Part shown: piece by piece, positions 9,944-23,800 of the stretch
Layout: every line of letters begins with the position of its first letter
Position numbering within the stretch: position 1 is the stretch's first letter
Position numbers and translations under genes: made by a program
Notes under the pieces: generated by a model
Seen by the model: the letters and a program-made list of their open reading frames with translations, nothing else
Told to the model about the DNA's origin: nothing
Databases searched by the model: none
Source: Craspedostauros australis
Lineage: Eukaryota
DNA: 52,867 nt
NCBI GenBank assembly: GCA_030167865.1
Contig: JALAGF010005450.1
Location: 1 to 52,867 of the forward strand
Direction of reading: 5' to 3'

Positions 9944-12900
9944 GCTGTGATGTCGTTACTGTGTGATGGTTGTGGTGACAGCGACGGCGACGGAAATTGT
10001 AGCGGTTGTGGCAACTGCCAGAGCGTGTTGGATACTGGATGAGTTTGTGGCCAAGAGAGGGAAGAGAATGTGTCTTGGGTCAGGAATCGAGAGACACAAC
10101 AGGACAAGCCGAAGATCTCTCAGTCGCGTTTGTGTGAAGATGTGCTCAACAGCGGGCCAGGAGGACGCAGGTATCACCCACATGAGCGTGTGTGTGTGTA
10201 CGTGTGCAGGTGCTGTTCTCAGCCTTTGGTTGTCACTCAATCACAAACGCCCGTTGCGTCTCAACTATTCTATTACTTTCTCGTCCCTGGTCGTAGGTCG
10301 TATCTGGCAGTCCAAATGCCGAAGTCGGCCTCTTGTCCACGATGGTGAGGAATGTACCTGACGCTTCTCGTCTCTGTGACTCACCGGTCTGCAACCAACC
10401 ACAGAGGTACAAAGGGAGAGCGAAAGAGCGCGCGCGTGTTAACCCTGTGCTTGAATGCAGTTTTCGCAGCTTCTGGCTGTGAGATAGCAGTTGTTCGATT
10501 GTGGTCAGTTCGGTTGTGTCAGTGGTTGCATTTCGACGTCGCGCCATCCATTCCACACCTTGTTTGTGGCGAACGTTGATGCAGGGCGCGATCTCTTGTG
10601 CCTTGTCGGGATCCTATGAAGAACGCTACCGACGTGTTGTCGGCTGTTCCGTCATGTTCAATGATGTTCGGAAAATGGGTATGAATGATATATGCACCTT
10701 CTTTGTGACACGTTCCATGATATTCGCCATCCCTAACGCACTCGCGCCTCCCTGTCCTTGCCTTGGTGCAAAAAGTATCGAAACTGCGCTACCCTGCAAG
10801 TGCACCATAAGTACGATGCCAGCGAACCCACAGACCAAACTATGATGCAGAACACGGCAGAGCAGAGGACCCTCCATAGAGTAGGTACAACGAATATAGT
10901 ACTCAGGAGAGGTCAAGTGATGCTGCGAGGACGACTCTACTTTACCTTTCTGTGGTCTTCGATCGATGCTACTTTGGACGTACGAGCATTGGTGCGTGTT
11001 TTGTACACTTCAATCGGGTTACCAGTGGAGTTGCTCCCCAGTTGGCATCGTGGATTTCAGTTTGTTTCTGCCGCTCAGCTTGTGCTTGCTGCGCCACTGG
11101 ACAGCGCAGCACGCATGATATTGGAGCTGTGCGGATTCCGTCAGAGCGGTTGAGTATGGTACGGGGATGGTGTAATAGTACGAGCTAGGTGATGCCCACG
11201 GCTCAGTGAGGCGCGGTGCAATGCGGTGCGGTGTTGTGTGGCAGCTCGTCTTACCGACCAGAAGTTGCACTCTGGCGCGATTCACTGGGACTGAGTCCAT
11301 GCCCTCCATCTGAATACCTGCGCACACTCGTGGGATTACATGTGCACCCTGTTGTCACTATCGCCGATGATAGCGACATCACGTGACAACCTGTCATGGT
11401 GGAAGAGAAACATGGCTACTCGTGGGAGAAGCAGCGCCGATGCACAAAAGGGCAAGGTCGCTCGCCCAAAGCTGCATTGGAAGATTCGCCGTCTTTGCGT
11501 TCACCAAGACTGTAGGCGCGACTGTTGCCTTCGTGTTTCCGCCCTCTTCGTTTCTCCCTCTCCGCGCTGGAATCTACCCATCCCTCTATCCCAGCAACAT
11601 ATTCGGAAGGAATCTAAATGTGCTGGTCGAAGTCATGCCGCTCTCTCTCTCTCTCTCCCTCCCTCCCTAGAGTTCTAATCAGCCCGATTCACAATCACGA
11701 TCGTTCCTGCGTGAGTCGAGATCAGATGGAGTGTGACATGAAGCAAGTGGCGATTGCTGGTCTCTCTATTCGTGAAGTTATAACAGAGGGCACCATACGT
11801 CAAGTCACATTCTAGTCAATCCTTTGCGACGTGGGCTATTGGATTGATCGATTGCAATTACACTCCGATTGAAAGAAGAGCACTCCGTACTAAAGTATAG
11901 TTGTTCCCAAAGAAGTACCGTCTCATCAATCATCTTGCTTTGTATGTTTCGCACTTCTCTGTCGTCTCTTCGCTGTAATTCGCATGTCGCTCGTACTCGT
12001 GCTGGCAGCAACACGTCTGCACGATAACAGAGCATCTTGAACGTCAGGTCACTGTTCACGATCTCTGCATCGCCGTCTGCTCGATCCGCGGTGAACAATG
12101 GCGTGCCATGCACGCTTCGGTACGTCTCTGATGTATTATTTTGGCGACTGTGGACCACTTGAGTATGGCAGGCGCAAACCAGTGTACTTATGCACTGTAC
12201 CATGCAGCGCTCCAATACTCTACAAAAAACAATGATTCATGCGTTAGCGATGCACATGGAGTTCTAGAGTACGCTTCAATACACTTGAATACGCTTGGCT
12301 CCTTGGATACTCGTTGGCCTGCTCTTCAAATCTCTTCTGTGACTCGATAGCGAGACAGACTCCAATTCGAATCACTGATGGGAAACACAGATGAATCAAA
12401 TGTCTCATTCCACAGGTCGGTCGTTGGGACGATGTTTGCCATCGCCCAAGCCATTTCCATGTCGGCTGCTGCGGATCAGAAGGGACGAACATCTCATCAC
12501 GAGCAGACAGAGTGAATACTTGCTGCGTGTGAGCAAGCTTGGAGAATCATCCATGCACGTAGCTATGCATACGAGTCACACAAAGACGCCATTGCGCAAC
12601 TTCCTGTTCCAACTCGAAACAATCAAGAACGGACAGAACATCGCAAAAACAATGCGAGCTGCACAAAGGCGTACGAATGCAAACAAACGTCGTGCTTCGT
12701 CCATCGACCCATGCAATGCCACGTGGCTATTGATTTTGCAGCCGCAATGCTTCCATGGTGAAGAAAGTGGAAGACGAGAGATTATAGTATGCAGAGTGTG
12801 CGATGACGGGTCATCATAGCATGCTTTTTGTTGTTGCCGATGATACTGTTGCGATTGTGAGACCTGCGCTGCCCTGCGAGGTGGCACGTGGATACGACGG

Positions 12901-13680
12901 TTAAACGGGAGGGATGGTACAGACAATACATTCATTGATAAGAGCAGAGCAGGGTGGAGCAGAGCACCCATGTTCGTGATGGAGGTTGTGGGTAGAGGAA
13001 GCGGAGACTGACGGTTGATGCAGCTGAGCCGAATTGCCACGTGATTCAATTTTCGGACTTTCTTGTGTGATATCAACGACTGGAAAGGGTGCTTCCAGTC
13101 TGGGATACCCAAACCATTCACTGATTCTACGCAAGTACCAATCGGTCATCGCAACGGTCATTTGGATAGGATCCCTCGATCCAGGCGATTCAATTCTGCT
13201 TCTCGGATTGATTTATCGCCGGTCATCTGCAAGCGACAATAAAGACATTCCAGCGCTGCGAAATTCCGTGAATGATGGCCATGTCGTATGGTTTGTACAT
13301 ACGAAATGGAATCTTGGAGAAAGCGGACCAAGAGTCGCAGGCAGAAAACGCAGGCATTGTTGTTGCGAGCAGTCATCCGCAGTGTGTTGAGATTGGCACT
13401 TCTTCCACCGAAAACCCGTCACGCAAAACCGGAACAACCCACGTGAAGGCGAACGAACACAGCAGTGCAAACAAGCGGCAGAAAGGAAAGGCATTGATCA
13501 CTGTCATGCGAAGGAACAAGAGGGTGCGACAGGCACGGGAAAGATCCACCAGAGATCCCATGCACGCAGGAGCCCCTCCCTGGTCAGCGGAACGAGAACA
13601 GAACATAAAGAAAGCACGTCGCCCAAGGCAACAGGACAGCATCACATCATCGTCAGCCTCGAGCAACCGATCGACAGACC

Positions 13681-13708
13681 GATTGATTGATTGATTGATT
13701 GATTGATC
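13681..13708. repeat. (GATT)n microsatellite upstream of the myosin gene
   Basis: gattgattgattgattgattgattgatc. Confidence 0.85.
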
Positions 13709-13908
13709 GACCATTGCCATCTGCGAACTGCGCCGGAGTTGAACGAAAGCGCGTGAGAGACAGCAGAAGCAAAGCCCAACGCCCATCGTCGCTGCCAGAA
13801 CCCAAATTGGACCGAACAAAAAGACCCGCAGATCTCATTCCAGGGTCACAATTCACCCACGCATAACTGCTGCAGAACCAACAACAGCATCAACAGCAAC
13901 GCGGCACG

Positions 13909-16900
13909 ATGCCAAAGGAAAAGGACGGCGGCGGCGCCACGGCCAACAACGTGTACATCCGCAGCAACGACTACGCATGGATCCCAGCGCGTCTCGTTGA
14001 GCAGACCGGCGATGTCGCCAAGGTCGCCATCCCGCAGTACGACAGCGAGGAGCTCATCCTCAGCGATGGCGGAAAGGGCGCCACCGGCTTCAAGTCCGCC
14101 AAGATCAACCTCAAGGACTACCCCAACAGGTCCCTGCCGCTTCAGAACGTCGGCAAGTCCGGCTCCCTCAAGGAGGTCGATGATATGGTGGACCTGCCGT
14201 ATTTGCATGAGGTGAGTTCGATGGTCTGCTTGTCTGCGTCTTTCATTGCTCGATGCCTTTGCGCATGCATGCTTCCATGCGGGCGTGGGCGTTGGTGTTG
14301 GTATGAAGCGGAGGAGGAGGCTCATCAAAGGTCCCCTCTGCTCGTTCATCATGGTCTGTTGGCTCGAATGTGATGCAGTGCATGCCTTCATTTCGCATTG
14401 AAACCTGCATCTGTGATATGATATGATATGATATGATATGACATGATGGCAACGACAGGTCCACTGTGCCACTTTCGCCATCATCCTCGCATTACCATAT
14501 GTTATCATTGTCCTCATATTGTGACATCAACTAACTAACACTAACGCAAATATTGACCCGACCACAACCACCTCCATCTTTACCTCCACAATAATCCACA
14601 TATTATCCATATGCTATCCATATATTATTAACACTATCCAAACGATACGCAGGCTGCCATCCTGTACAACTTGAAGGAGCGTCACTGCAGCGCCAAGCCA
14701 TACACACGCGTTTCCGACATCGTCATCGCCGTCAATCCGTACCAGTGGCTCACCGACCTGTACACCGAAAAGGTCCGCCTTTACTACGCGCAGAAGCTCG
14801 TGTGGGAGCAGTCCGAGCAGGACCCGCGACAGGGACTCCCGCCGCACATCTACGAAGTCTCCTCCCTCTGCTACCGCGGTCTGGCGTACGAAGGCGTCAA
14901 CCAGAGTATCCTGGTGTCCGGCGAGTCCGGTGCCGGTAAGACCGAGACCGTCAAGATTTGCATGAACCATATCGCCAGTGTGCAGAAGGATCCAACCGCC
15001 GTCAGCGAGATCGACGCCGATGCGGTCGTCAACCGTATCCTCGACTCCAACCCCCTCCTCGAGGCCTTCGGTAACGCCAAGACGCGCCGTAACGACAACT
15101 CTTCTCGTTTCGGTAAGTACATCGTCCTGCAGTTCGACCGCAAGGAGCCCAAGAACGTCGGCGACAACCCGCGCGCCATCATGTCCGGTTCCAAGTGCGA
15201 GGTCTACCTCCTCGAGAAGTCCCGTGTCGTCTACCACGACGAGACCGAGCGTACCTACCACATCTTCTACCAGCTCCTCAACGCGCCGGAAAGCGAGAAG
15301 GTCAAGATCTGGAAGGGATTGAAGGGCACCAAGAACGAGTCCTTCGCCTACGTCGGCAAGTCGCCTGAGGTCAGAATCGACGGCAAGGAGGACAGCGAGC
15401 ACTTCCCCGAGACCAAGAAGGCCCTCGAGATCGTCGGCATCAAGGATGACAAGTACATCACTCTCTTCCAGGCCATCGCCGCCGTGCTGCAGCTCGGTAA
15501 CTTGTCCTTCGCACCAAAGCCAGGCAACGATGAGGAATCCGTCGTGACATCCAAGAAGGAGTTCAAGGAGCTCGCCGAGCTCATCGGTTGCGAGGAGGAC
15601 CTCCTGGGGAGGGCCTTCACGGAGCGCACCATCAAGACGCGTGGAGAGGAGTACAAGGTCCCGCTCAAGAGCGACGTCTCCAAGGAATCCGCCGACGCCT
15701 TCGCCAAGGAGATCTACGCCAAGATCTTCCTCTGGCTCGTGCGTGCCATCAACGACGCCACTTGCGCAGAGAACAACTACCCAGGCGCCGACGCCAACAC
15801 CGAGTTCGGCGTGGTCGGTCTGCTGGATATCTTCGGTTTCGAGTCCTTCCCAATCAACGGATTCGAGCAGCTCTGTATCAACTACTGTAACGAGAAGCTG
15901 CAGGCCAAGTTCACCCACGACATCTTCCAGACCGTGCAGGAGGAGTACAAGGCGGAAGGCCTTAACCTCGACGACATCCAGTACGATGACAACTCCGACG
16001 TCCTCGAGCTCATCGAGGGTAAGTTCGGTATCATCAAGCAGCTCAACGAAGAGTGCGTCCGTCCCAAGGGTAACGACGAGGCCTTCGTCAGCAAGGCTCT
16101 GCAATCCAACAAGACCGTCCCGTGCCTCATCGCCAAGAACACATTCAAGCGCAGCGAGTTCGGAATCAACCACTACGCCGGTGCCGTCATCTACACAGCT
16201 CAGGACTTCGTCATCCGCAACACCGACACCCTCCCAACCGATCTGCAGGTCTGCGCCAAGGCATGCAAGAACGAGATCCTCGCCAAGCATCTGGACAACG
16301 ACAAGTGCACCAACCAGGAGAGCAAGGCGCCAGCCCCAGCCGCCAAGTCCGGCCGTGGCCCACCACGCCGTGCCAAGTCCAACCTGGTCGCCGACACCGT
16401 GATGACCAAGTTCAAGACGCAGCTCTCGTCTCTCATGAAGGGACTGTCGACCACCAAGTCGCGCTACATCCGTTGCGTCAAGCCAAACGTCCTTAAGAAG
16501 AAGCTCGTCATGCAGCACGTCACCACCATCGAACAGCTGAGATGCGCCGGTGTGATCGCTGCCGTCATCATCTCCCGTTCGGCATACCCGAATCGCCTGG
16601 ACCACGCCGATGTCAAGGATCGTTTCGGTCCGTTGCTCGGAACCCTCAAGGGCAAGGATCTGCCAGAGGAGGTCACCTACCTGTGCGAGAAGACGCTGAA
16701 GCACATGGAGACCACCACGAAGAGCGGCACCGTCAAGAAGATGTACGCCATCGGTAAGACCCGCGCCTACTTCCGCGCAGGTGCTCTGGAGTACCTGGAG
16801 TCCGAGCGTGGAAAGATCTGGGAGAAGTGGGCCGTCCGCATCCAAAAGACCGTGCGTGGATTCCTCGCCAAGCGTGCCATCATGCGCATGAAGTACGCCA

Positions 16901-17841
16901 AGTACGCAACCGCCGTCATCCCCATCCAGTGCCTCTTCCGACTTGCCTTGGCCAAGAAGCGCGTCGATCAGGCCAAGAAGAACAAGAAGCGCATGAAGCG
17001 CATGGGAAAGAAGTCCAAGAAGGCCGCCATCCGCATCCAGGCCATCGCCCGTGGCTTCATCCAGCGCCCGAAGTACCGCGCCGCCCTGGAGAAGAAGCGC
17101 GAGGAGGAGGACCTCCAGAACCAGCTCAACAAGATGGAGGACAAGCTCAAGGAGGCAGAGGACGAGCGCAAGCGCGAGCTCGAGGATGCCAAGTTCCAGT
17201 TCGAGCAAGAGATGGAGGACTACAAGGAGAAGCTCGAGGATCAGCTGCGCACAGAGGCCGAGAAGATGAACAAGTCCGCCCAGCAGCAGACCCTCATCGA
17301 CGAATCCGGAAAGATTATCGAGTACTTGCGTAAGGAGAACATGAAGCTGCGTCAGCAATGCGAGAGCATGAAGCGTGACTACAAGGGCCTCAAGGAGAAC
17401 AACGCCCGATTGATGGAGGCCAACGCATCCGCCAGCGCCTCCTTCAACCAGCTCAACGACCACGCGAAGGGATTGAACGCAACCAACGCTCGGTTGATCA
17501 AGAACGTCGACACGTACAAGAAGCAGCTCGTCAAGATGAAGGAGGACCTGAAGAACAGACAGGCCTTCTACATGGCCGAGGCCCACGCCCGTGTCGCCTA
17601 CCAGAAGACCCTCGCCCGTATCGTCGCCCAGGTCCAGGACAAGTCGCGAGATGCCCAATTGGTGGAGGACGTCGTCATCTGGGCCTTGGAATGCGAAGCC
17701 GAGGCCAAGTCAGAGCGTGCTGCCTTGGAGAACGCAGGCAACCGTGCGCCGCCAGGCCCACAGCCAGCCGCCGCCCCACCGAGCCGAAAACCAGCCCGGC
17801 CCGTCGACTCCGATTCTGACTCGGACTCTGATTCCGATTAG
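13909..17841 (+). CDS. Myosin heavy chain (motor domain, ~3 IQ motifs, coiled-coil tail); 2 exons, ~1163 aa
   Basis: Exons 13909-14211 and 14653-17841; intron GTGAGT...CGCAG gives the conserved DLPYLHE|AAILYNLKER. P-loop GESGAGKT, switch I NDNSSRFG, switch II LLDIFGFE, YIRCVKPN, IQ motifs (IQKTVRGF, IQCLFR, IQAIARGF), then a heptad-rich tail. Confidence 0.96.
14212..14652 (+). other. Spliceosomal intron of the myosin gene (441 bp, phase 0), containing an (ATATG)n run
   Basis: GTGAGT donor, CTAAC branch-like motifs ~14531-14545, CAG acceptor; splicing restores a conserved motor motif in frame. Confidence 0.9.
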
Positions 17842-18342
17842 AGGAGATCGATGCCATTGCTGTGTTGTGGGAAGGCACGGAGACTGGGTGTGCCAAGAAC
17901 CAATATCGTGTGAACGAAACGGTTGACGACCGTAGTTGCAGCAGCAGCCGCCAACATCGGCGCCAGCGTGTGGATGATGCCACGGCCAAGAGTTTGGTTC
18001 CTCTTGGCTCGTGTGCCCCACTCGTCGCGACTACGGCACCCCTCGCCGTTCGTTCGTCCGTCCATTCATTGGTCTCTTTGGTCCCTTCATTCGAACTGCG
18101 CAAAAATGACATCCCAGCTGAGACAACACTCTACTCAGCCCTACTTCACAAAACTAGAATGCTTTTCATGTCCTGTTATTCGTACATGTCCTAGTTTGGA
18201 TTCAACGTGTGATGGTCTTTCTGATCGAACCAACCACCTGCCATGCACATGGCTTTATCTGTTTGTCCACGCGCCTTACTTCATCGTACAGTATTGTGTG
18301 GGTATGCCACCATACCATACCGTCCCATACCATAGCAAAGGT

Positions 18343-18380
18343 CACACACACACGCACACACACACACGCACACACACACT
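18343..18380. repeat. Imperfect (CA)n microsatellite
   Basis: cacacacacacgcacacacacacacgcacacacacact. Confidence 0.85.
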
Positions 18381-20876
18381 CCTCGCTCGACCAACACGGA
18401 GCTGAGCCAGGCAGAGCAAATAATTCGCTGGTTGATCGCTCTTTGCGTGATGGTCGACTGCTTCGGTTCGTGAGCTTCCACCATCCCCTGGAGACAAGGC
18501 TGGCCTCTCTGCTCTCAAGGACTACGATACGCGAACAAGGGGAGGAAGAAGACGACAAAGAGAGCAGAGGGAGAGAGAGAGCCAAGCGGGGAACTTGGAG
18601 GTCTTTCTGTGTTGTGGTCTCTGTGCGACAAGAAGGTGTTGCACCATGCTCCGCGCCTTGCATTGGCGGAGCAAGGTAAGGGTAGGATCAAGAGGACACG
18701 GCCATACATACGCACTCTACACTCTGCTCTACCTGTGGATGGGGAGGAGTCTCACTTTGACATCTTGCCTTGGACAACTTTCGAAAACGGAGATTGATGA
18801 TGATGATGAGTGATGAAGAGAAGACGCCAGACAAGATCAGCTGTGGATGGAAGGGAGCAACAGGCCGTTCTCTGTCGCGACAAGGCATTCTTAGCGTTGC
18901 AGCAAGAGCGTCTTTTGTCATCCACTGTGGTCCTCTTGGTTCTTGTTTTCACATCGTGGCAGCAAACGATCTGCTCGGTTCCCCGCTTCGACACCCGTGT
19001 CTCGTCCCTGGGTGGGCAAGAAGAGCCTTGCGGAACGAATCGAAGAAGGCGGGAAGCAAACATTGGGAAAGTGTGCGAGATTGGAGGAAGACAACGACGA
19101 CGACGACGACAACAGCACGAAGAGGGAAAGATTATGTCAACCAAGGAGGTTCCATGATGACGCAGCTTCCCACCGGGGTGCATCGCAACCCCACAACGGA
19201 AATCAAACTTTCCTCGTCGTGCTCTTCGTCCTCGCTCCGCGTGCGTGGTGGACGATCATCTCCTGCAGCGGCCCGTTTTTGCTCTTTGCCTGGTTATTGA
19301 CAGGTTGAGCATGAGCGGTGAAGACTGGTGGTGGAGAAGTCGAGTGCTCCGCTCCACTCCACTCCACTCTCTCCGACTGTCTCTCTCAGAGCAGTTTCAT
19401 TCAAATGTGATCAAATGAATGAGATGCTCTCTCCCTCTCATCCAGAGACTTGCACACACACACAATCTCTTCTCCAGCCACTCGTACGAAATTGCCCTCC
19501 AAAGTATTCTATTACATTCTCTACGATAGGCGGTACCAATGCACGGGGAGGTACCTAGTCCTCGTTCCATCGATCGTACGTACTTGTTCGAACACAGCTA
19601 TGGGAGAAACAACATTCCACTTGTTATCCCTCAAGAGGTGAAGTCGGCGATGGGTTCTGACATTGGTGTCGATGATGTTCCTGTTACCTATTGACATCGT
19701 GTTTGTGTTGCTCCGCTACTCCTCGACCTCTGTTGTTGCGTGTTGTTGTCATTTTGCGCGATGTTGTCGTGGATGTTGTGTGTTGTTTGCGTGTTGTGGA
19801 TTGGTGATGTGAAAACGTGGCCGACACATAATCGAGCGGGTTTTTGATGTCGTTCTGGCACACATTGAGCATTTCTCCCTCTCCGATCTTGGTTAATCCG
19901 ATACCGTGCGAGTAGCATTCGCACAGCACCGCCCCGAAACATTGGCGGAGTCGCCGAACGCTTCTCCAACTTCGCCGTTCGGAGATCTTCGCCGTCTGGG
20001 GATCAAAAGTGCTTGCGCAGTTCACCAGATGCTGTTGTGACATTGCAGGCACATGTCCGATTCGCGGTCTCGGTTTGCGTGTGCGAATGGAACGTACGTC
20101 ACAGCGTTCTGAAAGCGCCTATTATGACAAAAAAGGAGTGTCGCGTTCGCCCAATCCTCCTTGAGCAAGGGTACCATTCCTGCCAAATGCGATGTGATCG
20201 TGCGAGGTCTTCTCGTCGACAACACAGCAAGATGCGCGTAGCGGCAATAACAACAGCAAAGAGACCGCTCGCACAACAAGTGCGTTGGGGAGCTCGAGCC
20301 GTCCACACGGATCTCATTGGTAACACGAACAATAATTAGACGCGGCGAACGCACAATGATGAGGAACAAGAGGGAAAATCCCAAAGGTAAGACCAAGATT
20401 GCTTGGGCAACAAGCGGGGAAGTTGTGGCGATGACTGCCCGCCCACAGCCAACCAAAGGCAAAGACTCCCGATCAATGACGCCTTCGGCGACATCGCCGT
20501 GGACACAGCGTAACGGAGAACGGGAAACGCGCAAACAAGAACACACACGACCTTTTTGGACACCAGCTGGGGAAAGATCGCGCAACTCACCAGCCTCACC
20601 CAACAAGTAGGCCAAAAGAAATCATCAGCGACAACATGTTGAAAGAACAAGAGAAGAGAAAACAGCGTGGTCCTGTGGTGACGAAAGAGAGAGAGAGAGA
20701 GAGAGAGGGCAGTGCTTCTTCCCCTCATAAAACCAGACATCTGACAATTGCAAACGCAGTTCCAACAACAACGACAGTCATCATAATAACAAACAGCACA
20801 CAACAAACAGCACCACCAAACAAAACGAAACAAATCAAATCAAACACATCAGCAACCAACCAACCAACCCTCAAGG

Positions 20877-23800
20877 ATGAAGATGATGGCAACCCATCTC
20901 CTCCGCATGACGGCGCTACTGTCGCTGTCTTGCCTGACATCTGCCCGCGTCCTGCTGGGCAGCTTCGTCGAACTCGACCACGACCTCGCCGGGCAAGTCT
21001 ACGCTCTGTCCGAGACCGTGCTCGAGATCGAGAACTACGAGTACGATGGCCGCGGTCCCGCCGCCTTCTTCTGGCTCGACACCAACAGCAATCCTTCCAG
21101 AAACGGAATCGTCGCGCAGGATGGAGCCCCCAGCAACGCCTGCGCAGTGACTACCGACAGATCTGCCAAGCTCCCAGAGGCGAGAGGCATCACCCAACGC
21201 GTCGAATTCCCACCAGGCACCTCCATCCGCGACTATCTCGGTGGCTCCCTCTCCGTGTGGTGTGAGGCTGCCAACGCCAACTTCGGACACATCGTCTTCC
21301 CCGACACCCTGCCAGCCGGCATCCCGGCTAGCGGTATTGCGCGTGACTGTCCAGTAAACACCCGCGTCTTGCTCGGCAACTTCGTCGGACTAACCCATGA
21401 TGTCGCCGGACAAGTCTACGCTCTTTCGGAAACCGTGCTCGAGGTCGACAACTACTCCTACGATGGCGGTGGTCCTGCCGCTTACTTCTGGCTGGGAACC
21501 AACAGCAACCCCTCCAGCAACGGCATCATCGCACCGGATGGAGCCCCCAGCAACGCCTGCGCGCTGTCTACCTTCGACGCCAAACTACCAGAGGCAAGAG
21601 ACGTCACCCAGCGCATTGAGTTCCCACCAGGCACCTCCATCCGCGACTATCTCGGTGGCTCCCTCTCCGTGTGGTGCGAATCTGCCAACGCCAACTTCGG
21701 ACACATGGTCTTCCCCGACACCCTGCCAGCCGGCATCCCAACCGAAGGCGTCGAACGCCAATGCCCAACCGAGAGACCCTTCGTGGAAACCCCCCCAGGA
21801 TTCAACTGCGAGGAGCTCACCGACAGCTACCAAGTCCGCTGGCGAGTGGATGAGCCCAACGATCAGGTCACCATCCAGCTCATCGGTAGCATCAAGGACA
21901 ACAATTACATGGGATTTGGAATCTCCGGAAGAACCACAGAGACTTGGATGATTGGCGCAGATGCAGTCGTGGCGGTAAGTGCGACGAGAACTGTGAATAT
22001 TGCGGGTGATTGTAACATGAGGCCTTGACTTTGACACTCACCCCATGCAACTTATGTATGTATCTATTGCTTTTGCTGTTGCGGAACACCTTCTCTCGAT
22101 CATTCTATTTTGCCATCGTCATCACCATCGCCATCACCATTCGGGCAACAGGATTGGCCAGGCGCCAGTGCCGACAACCCCCGCGTGCGAGACATCTACA
22201 TGGACGACCGCGGCCAGTGCAGTGGAGAGCAGGGCGTCTGTCTTGACACCACGCTCAACGGCATTGGTACCAACGACATCACCAACGTCTCTGGAATGAA
22301 GGGCCGTGGCCTCACCATGATCGAATACACCCGCCCACTCGCACGCACCAATACTGAACAGACACCAAGAAATGTCCCTATCGACCAAGCCATTGATACT
22401 TCTGTAAGTGCGAGGACAATATCGTATTGCATGACACGCCCATGTCATGCACTGTCCGCCAATGCATCCACTCGCGCAATCACGCAATCACTGCCTGACT
22501 CACACTCACCCATTCAATACATGACCACTTGCAACCATTCCTTGTGCTGTGACCATCTCCACATGAACGATCGACAATTGCATTCACATCCCCGCTGATC
22601 CTTCAGACCGGCGTCTCGACTTTCGTCGTCTGGGCCATCGGCGCAATTTCGGACACCAGCGGAAATCCTCTCATCCATTCTCAACGTTCCGATGGTGGTG
22701 CTAACTCAATCTCATTGGAATTCGGACGTACCACTGCGAACAACTGCGAACCTCTGCTCGCCGCCGGCGAAACGCTTGCGCCCACACCAGCACCGCCAGC
22801 ACCGTTCGTCCGCGAGGATGTCGGTGACAAGGACCTCAACATCACCGCCCGCATCGGACCTTCTGGCGGACCACGTGGATACACAGCCATCACCGGCAAG
22901 ACCTCCTGGGGCATCGCATGGTACCTGAACGATATGCTCATCCCTCGTGTGATCTTGCGTCGTGGCAAGACCTACACTTTCAAGGTCAACGGCGGCGACA
23001 CCCCTGGCATTGACACCAAGTACCATCCGCTGTATATCACCGACTCTGCGCAGGGAGGATACGCGCAGCAGACAGCGATGCAACGACTCGACGAGACCAT
23101 CTACGCCGGAATCAACATCACAGCTTCATCGACCGAGCTTGGCGTGACAGAATTCGTCGCCGAAGCCGAGGCACCGCTCTGCGAGTACGACGAAACCACC
23201 CCGGACTCCAGGAACGCCGAATTGGAATCGTTCGCCACGTACTTCGGCACCTTGGACACATCCTGCGCAAACGATTCTTCCATCGTCGACAACGCGGCTA
23301 TTCTCACTTTCACACCAGACGAAACTACCCCAGACAAGCTGTACTACCACTGTGTCACCCACTACGATTTGGGTTTCGAGATCCTCGTGCTCGATGTGGG
23401 TGAGGCTATTCCCACCATGTCACCGACCGCATCGCCAACAACCGCTGCACCAACGGCCACGCCTCCAGAGACGCCAGCCAACTTTATCGAGGTCCTGCTC
23501 ACTGGCAACCTCGACGGAAGCATCATGCGGTACAAGGTCAATCTCGCTGATGAACGTGCCGAAGGCAAGAACACCCTCAGTGTCGAAGTGGAGGCACCAG
23601 CAACCGCCTGGGTTGGCTTTGCCGTCTCCAACACTGGAACCATGGTTGGGAGTGAATCCATCATTGGACTGCCAGACACCGGAGAAGTCCAGAAGTACAC
23701 CATGACATCACAAAGCACCGCTGGCGTCCAGCCCCGCGATGCCGCCCAGCAAACCTTGATCGACACGAGCATCAGCCAGAGCGGATCCATCACAACTTTG

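Noticed and set aside
9200..13700. Many 60-180 aa ORFs, including HGSMDEARRLF resembling a PPR motif
   Set aside because: No codon bias, no repeated motif and no consistent splice model; no terminal inverted repeats found.
14614..17658. 1014-aa antisense ORF over myosin
   Set aside because: Codon-register shadow of a strongly C/G-ending gene; Leu/Val/Gly/Asp-rich with no motifs.
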